DNA of 64,000 bases, from assembly GCA_964016885.1 (NCBI GenBank), contig OZ024743.1:336350001-336414000 (forward strand), in the 5' to 3' direction. The stretch is from Eledone cirrhosa. Lineage: Eukaryota. This document shows positions 1 through 13,094 of the stretch, one piece after another. The first letter of the stretch is position 1. Each line of letters opens with the position of its first letter. The notes beneath the pieces are model-generated. The model made no database searches. It saw nothing but the letters and a program-made list of their open reading frames with translations, and was not told where the DNA came from. A program made the position numbers and the translations under genes.

Positions 1-409
1 CTCGGCAGGTGTCGCTAAGGTTACCAGGCAGTACAAGGCTGGAGATCCTGTGTATGCACTGTACTACGGACCTCGCCGAGACAAAGATCCCCGATGGGTA
101 CCAGCAATCATTAAGTCATTGGGTACTCGCTGCTTCAACGTTAAGGTCATACCTCATGGCCCGGTGTGGAGACGACACTGGGAACAGCTGCAACCGCGGT
201 ACACTACTGAGGAAGGCAATGAACCTGGTGATGCAGTAGACACTGTTTTTGAATTTGCAACAGATCACCCGATGGAGATCTCGGAAATCGTGCCACTATC
301 TACAAGACAGACCAGACCCAAGACCTTATTGCCCGTTCCAGAGTATGGACAAGACAATCAAAGACGGTCCAAGAGAACTCGTAAACCCCCAGAGAGACTT
401 TGCTGTTGA
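1..409 (+). pseudogene. 3' end of Gypsy-type LTR retrotransposon pol (integrase C-terminal/SH3-like region, K02A2.6-like)
   Basis: Translation ..YYGPRRDKDPRWVPAIIKSLGTRCFNVKV..WRRHWEQL..RRSKRTRKPPERL is typical of Gypsy integrase tails; followed by a polypurine tract and an LTR. Confidence 0.75.
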
Positions 410-443
410 TGCTTCTTTTGTCGCATCAATTTCGGTGGGGAGG

Positions 444-720
444 TGTTGTATGAACTGGGAATCGAACTCACAACCTCATTGTTGTATGGACTGTTGAATT
501 CGTTTTATTCAATTTACACGTGCTCACACATTTGCATATGATTCACGTGACCTGGGCAGTCAGTCAGCGTTGGTATTAAAAACTCGGTCACAGACTGCTT
601 GACTTACTTTATGTTATTCTGCTACCGTGAGGAGGGGCGCTTTGGTTGTTTCGTACAATACACAAATTATTTGATATAACTCGTTGTCTTTTCTCTGCGA
701 GTACCGAGAGGAATACAACA
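444..720 (+). repeat. 3' LTR (277 bp) of the Gypsy-type element
   Basis: Starts TGTTGTAT right after the PPT GGTGGGGAGG (434-443); ends ATACAACA (8-bp terminal inverted repeat, TG..CA); internal ATTAAA near 575. Confidence 0.85.
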
Positions 721-1716
721 GAGTTTGATAGTAGATGTTGTATCTGTTTTCAGTCGTCAGAATGAATAAAAAAAAACATGGTGTTTTTATTAAATATGGA
801 TTTGAAAACAAAATTTAAGAAATATGAAAGTGAAGCTGAGGAAAAAACGGGCGAAGAAGAAGAGGGGAAAAAGAATATAAAAAAAAATATATATATAAAC
901 AATAAATATCCAGAGCATAAACATACACACACTCAATCACGCGCACATACTTAAAAAGTACGTAGACGTATACTTTTTCACATAAGCGTATATGCGTCTA
1001 CAGACAAGGACATAAATACATACACATACATATACATGAAGTAAGAATAAATAAATAAATGAATAAGAACAAAATATACAAAGTCAAAAACAAAAACAAA
1101 ATAAAATAAAGACAAAAGGATACGTGTTGACAACGATAAGTTTGAGTGTGTGGGGAGAGGGAGAGAATAAAAACAACTTAAAAATAAACAAATACACGAG
1201 ATGTGCATATACATAAATATATATATATGAAAATATATATATATATATATATACACACATACATACATACACACGCACACACACATAAACATGCATAAAT
1301 ACTCATACACACGTATAAAAACACATACACATATGTATATGTATATATACATATATATACACATACATATGTGTATGTGTTTTGTGTATGTGTATATATA
1401 TATATATGATCGAATTCAACCGTGACCATACCCACTGAAAGTTTCGTGAAATAGTCTTTTCAAGACTATACAGAGCATTTGTAGTTTTTTCCAAATTGAA
1501 GGATGAGTATTTTAAACTTTATTTTATCATGAGTTAAGGCTCTATTGGTTTTTCCCTAGATTTCACTAAATTCTGTTGGATGAATCTATATCCTGATTCT
1601 TTTTGAATTAAGTTTGAATTATTTTTCGTTAACTATTTTCCCATTTTGACGCTATAGTCACTTATATATTATGAAATACTGTGTGCTTCTTGTTCATAAT
1701 AATTTCTATACTTTTC

Positions 1717-1765
<49 letters not shown>

Positions 1766-1919
1766 AAAATATAAAATAAACATACGTACACATCCACATA
1801 CGCATGCGTGCAAAAATACATATACACATACACATACACATACACACGCATACACACGTATATATAAACATGCATACAACCAAATATACAAACACATCCA
1901 CATACATACACATAAAACT

Positions 1920-2596
1920 CTACGGTGAAGAGTGCATCGTCTCCGTACAGTCCGCCACCCAGGTTGAGTATTTCGCTCCTGATCTCGTAGAGTATGTATA
2001 TCCCAACCAAGTCCATTAGCTGTGCGGAGTCACTGGAGCCCATTGTAATGCCAAAATTATTTGGCCAGTCACTCCGGGTCCATATGTCCCCACCGAATCA
2101 GATCAGGGTCTTTCTGGCGGCGTGTATGATTCGGTCCTCGTCGCGCGTTAGGTCTGTCCAACTCATTGCGATTATGAGTGCCTTGTTCAAGACTATGGGC
2201 GAGATAGAGGAGTAGTAATTGTTGATGTCTAGTTGTATGAAGCTATTCCTATGTTTGTCAGGTAAAAATGTAAACCAGTCCAGCACCTGGCTGGTGCAAG
2301 ACCAGAGTTGTAAACTTATTTTACTCTTAAGTGTGGGGAGGATCCTATCTAAAATGCTTTTGCTAATAACCCCCATGGCTGACCGGGAGGGGGCTTTCAG
2401 TCTGATCGGCTGGTTAGACTCAAAGTTTGGTTTGTCGTCCTTAATGGTAATCCTCGGTTCCCTTGGTTGGTATGGGGCCGTCCTATCATCTATGCCAAGA
2501 CCAGATACGATCTCATAATCCTTGATGTTGATATCTTCCAGGGTAGCTTCGGGCGTTGTTTTGTAGCTTTTTTTCAATTCCCTGAGGATTAGTTCA
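1920..2596 (-). pseudogene. PLE reverse transcriptase fragment
   Basis: PRITIKDDKPNF..PIRL..FIQLDINNYYSSI..MGSSDSAQLMDLVG..GGLYGDD, with frameshift. Confidence 0.85.
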
Positions 2597-2696
<100 letters not shown>

Positions 2697-3161
2697 ATTT
2701 ATGTATATGCACATCTCGTGTATTTGTTTATTTTTAAGTTGTTTTTATTTTCCTCCTATCCCCCCCCCACACACACACACACACTGAAACTTATCGTTGT
2801 CAACACGTATCCTTTTGTCTTTATTTTATTTTGTTTTTGTTTTTGACTTTGTATATATTGTTCTTATTCATTTATTTATTTATTCTTACTTCATGTATAT
2901 GTATGTGTATATATTTATGTCCCTGTCTGGAGACGCATATACGCTTATGTGAAAAAGTATACGTCTACGTATTTTTTAAGTATATGCGCGTAGTTGAGTG
3001 TGTGTATGTTTATGTTCTGGATATTTATTGTTTATATATATATATATAATTTTATCTTCTTTTTCTCCTCTTCTTCTTCGCCCGTTCTTTCCTCAGCCTC
3101 TCTTTTATATTTCTTAAATTTTGTTTTCAAATCAATATTTATTAAAAACACCATGTTTTTT

Positions 3162-3224
3162 ATTGATTCTGACGACTGAAAACAGATAAAACATCTGCTA
3201 TCAAGAAACCCCTGGTAAATGAAA
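3162..3224 (+). ncRNA. Type I hammerhead ribozyme motif (stem I partly decayed)
   Basis: CTGACGA 3169-75, stem II cagat/atctg, GAAA 3205-08, acc..ggt, GUA, aatgaaa; truncated minus-strand copy at about 725-766. Confidence 0.7.
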
Positions 3225-3322
3225 TAATTATCTTATGATGTTTATTACATAACTAATAAGCTCTGTAGCCTACATAGAGCACTCTTTTTTTCCTGTACCT
3301 TTCCGACGGAATTACTTCATTT

Positions 3323-3565
3323 ATATATATATATAATATATATATCTATCATATATACACTGCATATATATTATATATATATATATTATATATACACTGT
3401 ATATATATTATATATATATATAATATATATATATATTATATATATATATATAATATATATATATATAATATATATATATAAAATATATATATATAATATA
3501 TATAAAATATATATATATATATTTAATATATATATATAATATATATATATATTATATATATTTAT

Positions 3566-3600
<35 letters not shown>

Positions 3601-3718
3601 AATATATATATAATATATATATATAAATATATATATAATATATATATATAAATATATATATAATATATATATATAAATATATATATATATAATATATGTA
3701 TATATATATAATATATAT

Positions 3719-3750
<32 letters not shown>

Positions 3751-3815
3751 ATATATATATATATAATATATATATGATATATATATGATATATATATATG
3801 ATATATATAACATAT
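3323..3815. repeat. Long imperfect (TA)n microsatellite (representative of more than 25 such tracts)
   Basis: Directly visible; source of the YIYIYI pseudo-ORFs. Confidence 0.95.
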
Positions 3816-3816
3816 A

Positions 3817-4707
3817 TCATCATCTATAAAAGCAGATCGTTGTTGTTGTTGTGTGTGTGTGTGTGTGCATGTTCCATGTTTATACATTTGCACAATCTCA
3901 AACCGATTCGACTGCAAGTCTGGAATAATGTTGTAAATTCTTTAACGTCGGTCACCGACTATTTATTTCATTCATACTCACCCACAATTACGGAAATAAT
4001 CGATAAAACTAAATACATGACGCTTCACCCCTCTAATACAATCATAAATTCCTCTCTCTACTCCCCTTAAACTTTAAGAGAGAGAGAGAGAGAGTTAGAG
4101 GGAGCGAGAGAGAACGTTTGTTTTTTAGTGTGGATCGGTCAAACATTTATTTACTTCAATGACAAAGAGAACTTATTATATTTCATACGAAACAACAATT
4201 ATTCAAAAGCAACAGATAAATTTGTTCATCAACAACAAAAATAGCGATAAATCTTTTTTAAAACATCTATCAACGAACGTGGAAGAAAGAAGTATCAGTT
4301 CATTTACTATACACAATAATATCCTCTATGAGGTCACTAAACCTGCTAGAAACAGCAGCTAACTCTCCCCCATATCACACCCCGCCCTACTGTCTTAAAT
4401 TTAGGAAACACACATTAGACAACCATGCAGAACAACTCCATCGCAGCTCTGGTGTTCGGCTGGCATCGTCTACGCGCGTGTTGCGGAAGTACTGTGAAAC
4501 AATAAATTTCAACACTTCTTTGCACAGAGATAATAACCATAGGCGAAACTATAATTGTCACTGCTGGCGCAGCTCCTGCTTCGGCAGTCCAGGTCTGCAA
4601 TACATTCACTCAGTGCTGGCAGACAAAAAAGTGCTGCCATAAAATGGGTGATGCAACCTAACTTTGGTAACTTACTGACCCCGAGCAACGCCGGGCTTTA
4701 ATGCTAG
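3817..4707 (+). mobile_element. Non-autonomous Helitron
   Basis: 5' TC..CTATAAAA plus microsatellite (5' end approximate); 3' hairpin CCCGAGCAACGCCGGG then CTAG|T; 3' end shared with 27273-28571. Confidence 0.7.
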
Positions 4708-4721
4708 TATAATATATATAT

Positions 4722-5215
4722 AAATATATTCCACAAAGACAAGTGTGTTACACAGTGAGATGTGTGTAAAGAATTATTACAAGTGAGTTTTACAGTTGAG
4801 CCGTTATTTGATGCAAATAACACGTGATTTCGCCCCACTCTGGGCAGCATATATATTAGCTTTCTCTTTATCCATGAGGTTAGATGTGTCGTGAACAGAA
4901 TCTACATTTGCTGACTGAGGATCCTGTGGGCTGTTAAACAGCACATTTCTGTGGTGAAACGAACTAGATTCGTATCAGCAAACTTATAGTTATAAGGTTG
5001 GTAATATAAAACACTTCTTCAGAGATTTGATTCTGACTTAGTTTTTTTCTATTTAATTGGTAAACCTGTAGATATTGTTCTCTATACAGTAACGGTAAAA
5101 CTCACTTGTAATAATTCTTTAAACACATCTCACTGTGTAACACACTTCTCTTTGTGTAATATATTTGTATTTGAGCTCAGAAGAAAATTCTCTATTCCTC
5201 TTTGAGCTAATATTA
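4722..5215 (+). mobile_element. Non-coding PLE pLTR derivative with about 75-bp inverted arms and an internal HHR
   Basis: 4722-4797 is the reverse complement of 5091-5166. Confidence 0.65.
4907..4982 (+). ncRNA. Type I hammerhead ribozyme
   Basis: Stem I tttgctga/tcagcaaa (8 bp), CTGAGGA 4915-21, GAAA 4956-59, stem III acgaa/ttcgt, GUA site. Confidence 0.9.
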
Positions 5216-5223
5216 TTATTATT

Positions 5224-5419
5224 GCGGTGGATTGGCAGTATCGGTAGAGGGTCGGACGCCATGCTTTCCAGCATAGTTACGTCCTTTTACGATCTGAGTT
5301 CAAATCCCGCCGAGGTTGACTTTGCCTTTCATCCTTACGAGGTCGATAAAATAAAGTACCAGTAATGCACTGGGTAATTGCTGGCCTTGTGCCTAACGTA
5401 GAAACAATTATTATTATTA
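5224..5419 (+). mobile_element. tRNA-derived SINE
   Basis: A-box-like TGGCAGTATCGG, B-box GAGTTCAAATCC, conserved core GACTTTGCCTTTCATCC..GTCGATAAA, (ATT)n tail; multiple copies in the window. Confidence 0.85.
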
Positions 5420-5473
5420 CTGTGAACTGGGGAATACTCTTAATTCCGATCCTCGTATACTCAATATATATAT

Positions 5474-5532
<59 letters not shown>

Positions 5533-5535
<3 letters not shown>

Positions 5536-7597
5536 ATAAAAATAACGAGGCTGGACTCGTGTAAATCCTTGAAAGGTTTATTATACTATGATCATTTCAA
5601 TGACCGGGTTCCATATGAATCCGGTGATATCATCAGGTATTCGAAATATAATAGAGGAATATATAAAAACCATGAGTCCGAAAAATCAGAGACAGAGAGG
5701 ACGACTGACCAACTAGCTGTCTTCACCTCAGCCAGTCGCCCTCAAAGTGATGGCAACTCGATCTGCTAATGTACTACCTACGGTTTATAATGTACTATCA
5801 CTCCCCGTCAAAGAATAAAAAAGAAAAAAGGTGAAGAAAGAAAGAAAGAAAAAAAAGAAAAAAAAGAAAGAAGTCAGCGTAAGGGTCACACTACAGTCAA
5901 GCTAGAAAACGCCGCGAAAAACGTTATTCTAAAGAATCTATATTTTAACAAAGGCATATATAATGGTTGTCTGTATGGTCTAATGTGTGAACAGAAATTT
6001 GGAACGTTAAACTTGTGTTACGAGTTATAGGATGAAATTAAATTAAAAAATAATAAATTGAAAATTGGAAAATAAATTTAAAAATTATTTAATGAACTTA
6101 CAGAGAGAGTCTTACATGAAAAAGTTAATCTCGATAAGATATCAGGGTGAGATAAAGATTAAAGCCTTCGAATGTGAAACCCAGCCAGCACCTCCTAACC
6201 ACGTGTCAGCCAGATTCGAGTGGTATCGTCCACAGAAAGAAATGGAAATTAATTTTTCCGAGTACTCTAGGAACGTAGCTACACTAGGCCCCGGGTGTGC
6301 TAGCGGGAAGTCTACATTTTCGACAGGCCATCGTCAATAACAAACGAATACATTTAATTCACACATGAGGTGTTTATTTACGTGCCAGTAGAGGCATGAT
6401 TCAGCTAATAGTTATGCCTAAGCCTAGAGTTTATAGGTATAAGTATAATATGGCGGTCAAAACAGGCGGCGCAGCGGGCCCGGGGCAGATCGATCCGCTC
6501 CGAGTAATTTCGTTTACCGAAAGAGGGGAAATTTATTTTTCCAAGCACTTAAGGAAGGCAGAATCTTCCGAGCGCCCATCGCGCAGCCGGGAAAAGCCAC
6601 CACGTCAATCGAAGGTAGCAAAACTCAATAAAGAGGGCAAATAGACTATAGTTATTTTAAAGTTCCAGTTAGTCCGGGTTATAAGTAGTGTGGTACTTGA
6701 AAGGTGCATAATGACCTGAGTAAGGAAAGTTACAAATAAATAAAAGTAGGATACAAAGATAAAATACAAAGATAAAGAATACATTGATGAAAAATAAAGC
6801 GTCTTCATGATGTAGTAAGACGGAAGTATGTGAGAACATATCGGAGGAATTAGAGCAAAGGGGAAATACAATGTAGATCAAGTTGTAGTAAGATAATACA
6901 GGTTGTACATATAGATATAGAGGATGGAAGAGATGGAATGGTAACAGGTGGTACCTAGTGTAAAGTTCGGGCTTCCGAATTCAGTTTGAGTCACAAAAAA
7001 AAAGTCCTGAGGTATAGAGTAGTGAATTCAGTCAATACAATACATGTTTTAGTATAATACGTAGAATTTTGTCGGAATCCGAATATTCCCGACAGGGAAG
7101 CAATGGGTGGGCGGTAGATAAAGCACAGAGCAGCCAAAATCTGAATGGTAAGTAGATCAGTTAATCCCATGCTGGCAATAGCTGTACACTGAAGTCAGTG
7201 CCGCTGTTCATTTGGAAGTGCTCAACATTATTGGAGCATTATTTCTTTAGGTTTATTTGTTCACTACTGGATAGATTTGGTCATTCCGTATGGTCAATCT
7301 TGGTATAATATTGTGGAGAGTACTCAACGTAGTGCAGTTCACCCGTCTTCGTTTGTGTAGTTGGTGGTGCGAATACGGAGTTAATTATAAATAAAAATAA
7401 CAGGAGGCTGGACTGGTGTAAATCCTTGAAAGATTTATTAAACTATGATCATTTCAATTAACTCCGTATTCGCACCACCAACTACACAAACGAAGACGGG
7501 TGAACTGCACTACATTGAGTACTCTCCACAATATTACAACAAGATTGACCATACGGAATGACCAAATCTATCCAGTGGTGAACCAACAAACCTAAAG
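5533..7597 (-). mobile_element. Non-coding HHR-bearing PLE-derived unit (about 1.85-kb period) with terminal inversion
   Basis: 5533-5600 repeated at about 7388-7458; 7244-7384 inverted at 7457-7597; bounded by (TA)n; related to 30446-30895. Confidence 0.6.
5583..5640 (-). ncRNA. Type I hammerhead ribozyme
   Basis: Minus strand: atac CTGATGA tatcaccgg..ccggtcatt GAAA tgatca TA gtat; palindromic stem III. Confidence 0.8.
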
Positions 7598-7728
7598 ATA
7601 TATATATATATATTATATATATATATATATTGTATATATATTATATATATATATATATATTATATATATATATTATATATATATATTATATATATTATAT
7701 ATATATTATATATATATAATATATATAT

Positions 7729-7767
<39 letters not shown>

Positions 7768-8032
7768 CGAAGGAAATGTGGTAAGGAACCAGGTGGAGCA
7801 TAACGTACCAAAGTACTCAATACTTAGGGTAGTAGAGTGGGTAATAGGAACGAGTAAGACCCCGACGGCTGAGCTCAAGCCGTTTCGACGGCTAATTCTG
7901 GACATATTATATATATATATATGTATATTATATATATATATATATTTATTATATATATATATATTATATATATTTATATATATTATATATATATATTATA
8001 TATATATTATATAAATATATATATTATATATA

Positions 8033-8114
<82 letters not shown>

Positions 8115-8272
8115 GTTATATATATATATATTATATATATGTATATATTATACATATATATATATTATATATATATTATATATATATTATATATATATAT
8201 AATATATATATATATATTATATATATATATAATATATATATATAATATATATATATACATATAATATATATA

Positions 8273-8303
<31 letters not shown>

Positions 8304-8469
8304 AATATATATGATATTCTTTTACTTTCTTTTACCTGTTTCAGCCATCCGGCTGAGGCCATGCTGGGGCACCGATATATATATTATATATATATATTAT
8401 ATAATATATATATAATATATATATAATAACGGTAATATAGAGCCATTTCACAAACTTAATGAAAATCTT

Positions 8470-9505
8470 AAGTACGTTAATGTAAAATCGAACCATCCTC
8501 ATTCCATTATTAAATCTATCCCTAAAAATATATGCATAAGGATCTCCCGACTGTCGTCTAATTTGCAGACCTTCAACGAGCATGCTGAATATTATAATGA
8601 CGCACTTAGAAAAGCTGGTTACTGCGAGAAAATTGAATATCTAGACGATAACCACATAAGTACTATGAATAAAACACATCTAAGTCGAACTAGTATTGCA
8701 CCACACACACACATCAATAGGCATACTAACAGGTGCAAGCAAACCACAAAATAGAGTCAGACGTAGAGAGTACATATGGTATAACCCCGTGTACAATTCT
8801 TCTATTAGCACTAAGATTATCTCACAATTCTATACACTAATCAATAAACACTTTACAACTTCACATAAATACTATAAAATCTTTAACTCGCGCACCATTA
8901 GACTCTCATACTCCACTGCACCTAACATAGAACAACTAATTAGAAAACACAACTCAGCAATACTGAATAAGTACATCCCTAATGACTCAGCGCACCAGCA
9001 TAGCAACATACAACGCACTAACACGCAACCACAACTCCACCAAACTATCCAGGATTCTACTGCAAAACATAAAAATAGTTGTAACTGCACCAAACCAGGT
9101 ACGTGCTCACTGAATAACCAGTGCCTAGCACGCAATATTGTCTACCGGTGTACAATAAATTCCGGGACCAGCAAATGGTATTACGTCGGATGTACCGCAA
9201 CTTCTTTCAAGGCTCGCCTATACCAACATCGATCTTCGATCAGGCACGAGAAAATGCGCTCCGTAACAACCCTCGCCGATAAAGCCTGGCAGCTTCGGAG
9301 GAACAATCAAGCGTTCTCCCTTGATTGGCAAATTATTGCAGCTGCGCCTGCATATCAGCAAAATCATCGATTCTGCAAGTTATGCAATTTAGAGATATAC
9401 TGCATTTTAACGTCGGTAAACAAACTTTTGAACAGCAAAATTGAACGTTCTCTATACTGTAACCATCGTTTGAAAACGACTTTTTCTTTTTTTAAATCCT
9501 TATAA
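8470..9505 (+). pseudogene. PLE ORF 3' part (RT thumb, Cys linker, GIY-YIG endonuclease)
   Basis: YIWYNPVY..IRLSYST..CNCTKPGTCSLNNQC..NIVYRC..YYVGCT..FKARLYQH..CKLCNLE..CNH. Confidence 0.9.
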
Positions 9506-9581
9506 TGTTACCTTTTTACACCTACGTTTGCAAATTTCTGTCTTATATGTTTATACACTATATATGGCTTTGTATAATAAT

Positions 9582-9766
9582 TGTTTCTACTTTAGGCACA
9601 AGGCCAGCAATTACCCAGTGCGTTACTGGTACTTTATTTCATCGACCCCGTAAGGATGAAAGGCAAAGTCAACCTCGGCGGGATTTGAACTCAGATCGTA
9701 AAGGGACGTAACTATGCTGGAAAGCATGGCGTCCGACCCTCTACCGATACTGCCAATCCACCGCCC
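9582..9766 (-). mobile_element. tRNA-derived SINE with target-site duplication
   Basis: Reverse complement of the 5224 family; TSD atggctttgtataataat at 9564-9581 and 9767-9784. Confidence 0.9.
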
Positions 9767-10118
9767 ATGGCTTTGTATAATAATAGTACTAAACACTGTT
9801 TTTCTGGACCCCTTTAGAAATAGCCTGCTACTATAATAGCCCTAATAACTTGTCTGTGACACTGTACCTCTTTGGCCCCTCTAACTAAATTTTGTCCGAA
9901 CAACACCACTAGAAGAATCTACTTCCCAGCCAACCTTAGCACGCCTCATTAAGCTAACTGCTGCCAAAACATTCTCTCTTCACAATCTCTACTAGTCTGA
10001 CAGTCTTAAACCCTAAGACTCCCTCCACCTTACTCACTTCCCTCTTCCCCTTCTCTTCCTACCTCCTTCTTTATCTTTTATCTAGTGTATAAAATATTTT
10101 CATATCATTCTAATACAA

Positions 10119-10232
10119 AGGTCTGATGACATGGTGTGTTGGCTTACAGTGTACTTTCGGTTTATGATAATATTTGTGTATTCAAATAGCGAAGTATAGG
10201 TAACTCATACACTATAGAAACAATTGTTACCT
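10119..10232 (+). ncRNA. Type I hammerhead ribozyme with long stem II, in PLE 3' UTR
   Basis: aggt CTGATGA ...about 87 nt... GAAA caattg TT acct. Confidence 0.75.
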
Positions 10233-10379
10233 AATAAATTCTATATACCCGCATTTCCATTTCGTAAATTTTTTCTCCATATATATATATATATAATACA
10301 TATATATATAATATATATATTATATATATATATATATTATATATAGTGACGAATATTATATATATATATATATATATAT

Positions 10380-10549
10380 AAATGAAGTAATTCCGTCGGA
10401 AAAGTCCAGGAGAAAAGAGTGCTCTATGTAGGTAACAGAGCTTAACATTCTTATCTAAGAATGAGTTTTACACACACATATATATGTGTGTTTGTATTTG
10501 TATGTAAGTGTTTGTGATATGTATGTATATGTATGTGTATCTGTGTATG

Positions 10550-10608
<59 letters not shown>

Positions 10609-10997
10609 ATATATGTATATGTATGTGTGTATGTATATGTGTATGCGTATGTATGTGTTTATGTATTTGTATATGTATATTTATGTATGAGAGTGTGTGT
10701 ATGTATTTATTTTTACGTATGTATGTGTACGTGCATTTGTGTGTATTGCTTACCACGTGTGTTTGTTCATTTATTTGTTGCCTGTATCGCTGTCAACACT
10801 ATAATAATCTTTATATTCTTTTTTATTATTATATATTTTTTCTTATATTTATTTGTGTGTGTGAGTATGTAGGTGTGTGTATACATTTCTATATTTGTGC
10901 ATGCGTATGTATACTTATGTATGTACGTGTGTATATACGTATGATTGTGTGTATGTATGTATGTTTATGTATATATGTATGTATATGTATGTGTATG

Positions 10998-11040
<43 letters not shown>

Positions 11041-11103
11041 ATATATATGTATCTGTGTGTATGTATGTATATGTATGTTTATGTATATATATATATATAT
11101 GCA

Positions 11104-11136
<33 letters not shown>

Positions 11137-11234
11137 ATGCACGTTTCTGTATTTGTATGTATGTGTCTGTATGGATATGTTGATATTTATGTGTGTATGT
11201 ATGTGTATATGTATGTGTATGGATATATGTACAC

Positions 11235-11309
<75 letters not shown>

Positions 11310-11551
11310 TATGTATATATATATGTGTATGTATATATTTGTGTGTGTGTGTGTGTTTGCATGTGCGTTTTTATTTTTTATTTCCTTCTTCCTTTTCCAG
11401 CCTCACTTTCACAGAGATTATATTTTTGTTTTTAAAATCCAACGGCAATAAATACAGCAGGGTTTTTTCATTCTGATGATTGAAAGCAAATTTTTTTTGC
11501 TTTTAAGAAACCACTGGTAAATGAAATAATTGCCTTATGTTGTTTATTACA

Positions 11552-11556
<5 letters not shown>
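10380..11556 (+). mobile_element. Solo PLE pLTR (same family as 2695-3322), expanded by TG/TA microsatellite, with inverted 3' tip
   Basis: 10380-10445 is the reverse complement of about 3255-3322; 11400-11556 is homologous to 3090-3255. Confidence 0.65.
11466..11526 (+). ncRNA. Type I hammerhead ribozyme
   Basis: tttcatt CTGATGA ttgaaagcaaa/tttgcttttaa GAAA ccactgg TA aatgaaa; all three stems pair. Confidence 0.9.
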
Positions 11557-11650
<94 letters not shown>

Positions 11651-11874
11651 GGGATAACAAGTTATCGTTATAGGTAGTCCACTTAGATGTAGTCCAGTTA
11701 GAGTACTCCGTGTAGTGGATAGTATTAACGTGTGGCTAAGTTTGACTCAACAAAACGTTTCCATAGTGATGCTGCGAGTTCGCAGTGATTTCTATGTAGT
11801 TTAAACTTTGTGTAATAATAATTCAAGAAAGAAGAGTGACATGGTTCGCTATACAATAAGAGCTTTATTAACAT

Positions 11875-11984
11875 TGCTGAAAATTGTTTCTTTGATCTGG
11901 TAGGTCTAGAGTTCGCTACCCGCCTGATTTTGCTTCAATCGATCTCCAATACTTTGTTTATAACCAGTCGTTTTCATCAGAGCA
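11875..11984 (-). ncRNA. Type I hammerhead ribozyme with long stem II
   Basis: Minus strand: tgct CTGATGA ... GAAA caattt TC agca; homologue at 30065-30323. Confidence 0.7.
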
Positions 11985-12054
11985 CGCGAAATGAAGAAGA
12001 TACACAAGGCATGGCTTTTATATAGGTGTGGTATTAAACCAGAACAATATCAAT

Positions 12055-12232
12055 AATTGTTTCTACTTTAGGCACAAGGCCAGCAATTACCCAGTGCATT
12101 ACTGGTACTTTATTTTATCGACCCCGTAAGAATGAAAGGCAAAGTCAACCTCGGCGGGATTTGAACTCAGATCATAACTAGGCTGGAAAGCAAAGCGTCC
12201 GACCATCTACCGATACTGCCAATCCACCGCCC
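12055..12232 (-). mobile_element. tRNA-derived SINE
   Basis: Reverse complement of the 5224 family; caatatcaataat-like TSD. Confidence 0.85.
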
Positions 12233-12887
12233 TCAATAATATCAATAATAAAATAAAATTACTAGATGGCAAATAGTTAAAATAATAACATCAATATAAG
12301 TAAGAAATAGAGTATAATGATGAATCTAGCATGTTAAACAAACTGATATGATACAGATGTATGAAATTGACATGTGAAAACTGCTATAGGGTACATTAGA
12401 TATAGTGTTAAGGTGGCGACGAGATAACAGTAACCACTAAAATGTACTTGGAGACAGGATTTATTAGGTATCTGCTATGCTGTAGGTATGCTGGCAATAA
12501 CCCGGAGATTTACTTATTGCTTGACAGTTAAATATTTTCGCTTTATTAATTTAGTGAGGATGATGGTTTTATGTGGTGTTAAGTGGAATTGTAGATTCGT
12601 TATTTAAGTGGCCTATACTAAAGGTAGGGATTGTTAGTTCGAATCATGGGGATTTATTTTCACAGCATCAGTAACAAATTGTGTATAAATAAGACAGTAA
12701 TAACAACAATAATAGAAACAATAAAGGTAATAAAATAGTAAATTATGCATGGTAGATATAGAGAACATGATAAATAATATTAGGGATACGTTGCGATGTT
12801 CATAATAATAATAATTATAAGTACATTATCTTACTACTCCTACACTCCTTGAAATCTTACTTTCCTCTTATTATTCTTATTATTCAG

Positions 12888-13085
12888 AGGGTGGTGAATT
12901 GGCAGTATCGGTAGAGGGTTGGACGCCATGCTATCTAGCATAGTTACGTCCCTTTACAGTCTCAGTTCAAATCCCACCGAGGTTAACTTTGCTTTTCATC
13001 CTTACGGGGTCGATAAAATAAAGTACCAGTAATGTACTGGGTAATTGCTGGCCTTGTGCCTAAAGTAGAAACAATTATTCTTATT
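12888..13085 (+). mobile_element. tRNA-derived SINE
   Basis: Matches the 5224 family. Confidence 0.85.
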
Positions 13086-13094
13086 ATTCTTATT

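Noticed and set aside
5224-5330. SINE heads as tRNA genes
   Set aside because: A/B boxes are present but there is no intact cloverleaf; multi-copy with SINE core, tail and TSDs
5398-5412. SINE tail GAAACAATT resembles the HHR stem III GAAACAATTG
   Set aside because: No upstream CUGANGA box or stem I; the short AT-rich match is likely coincidental
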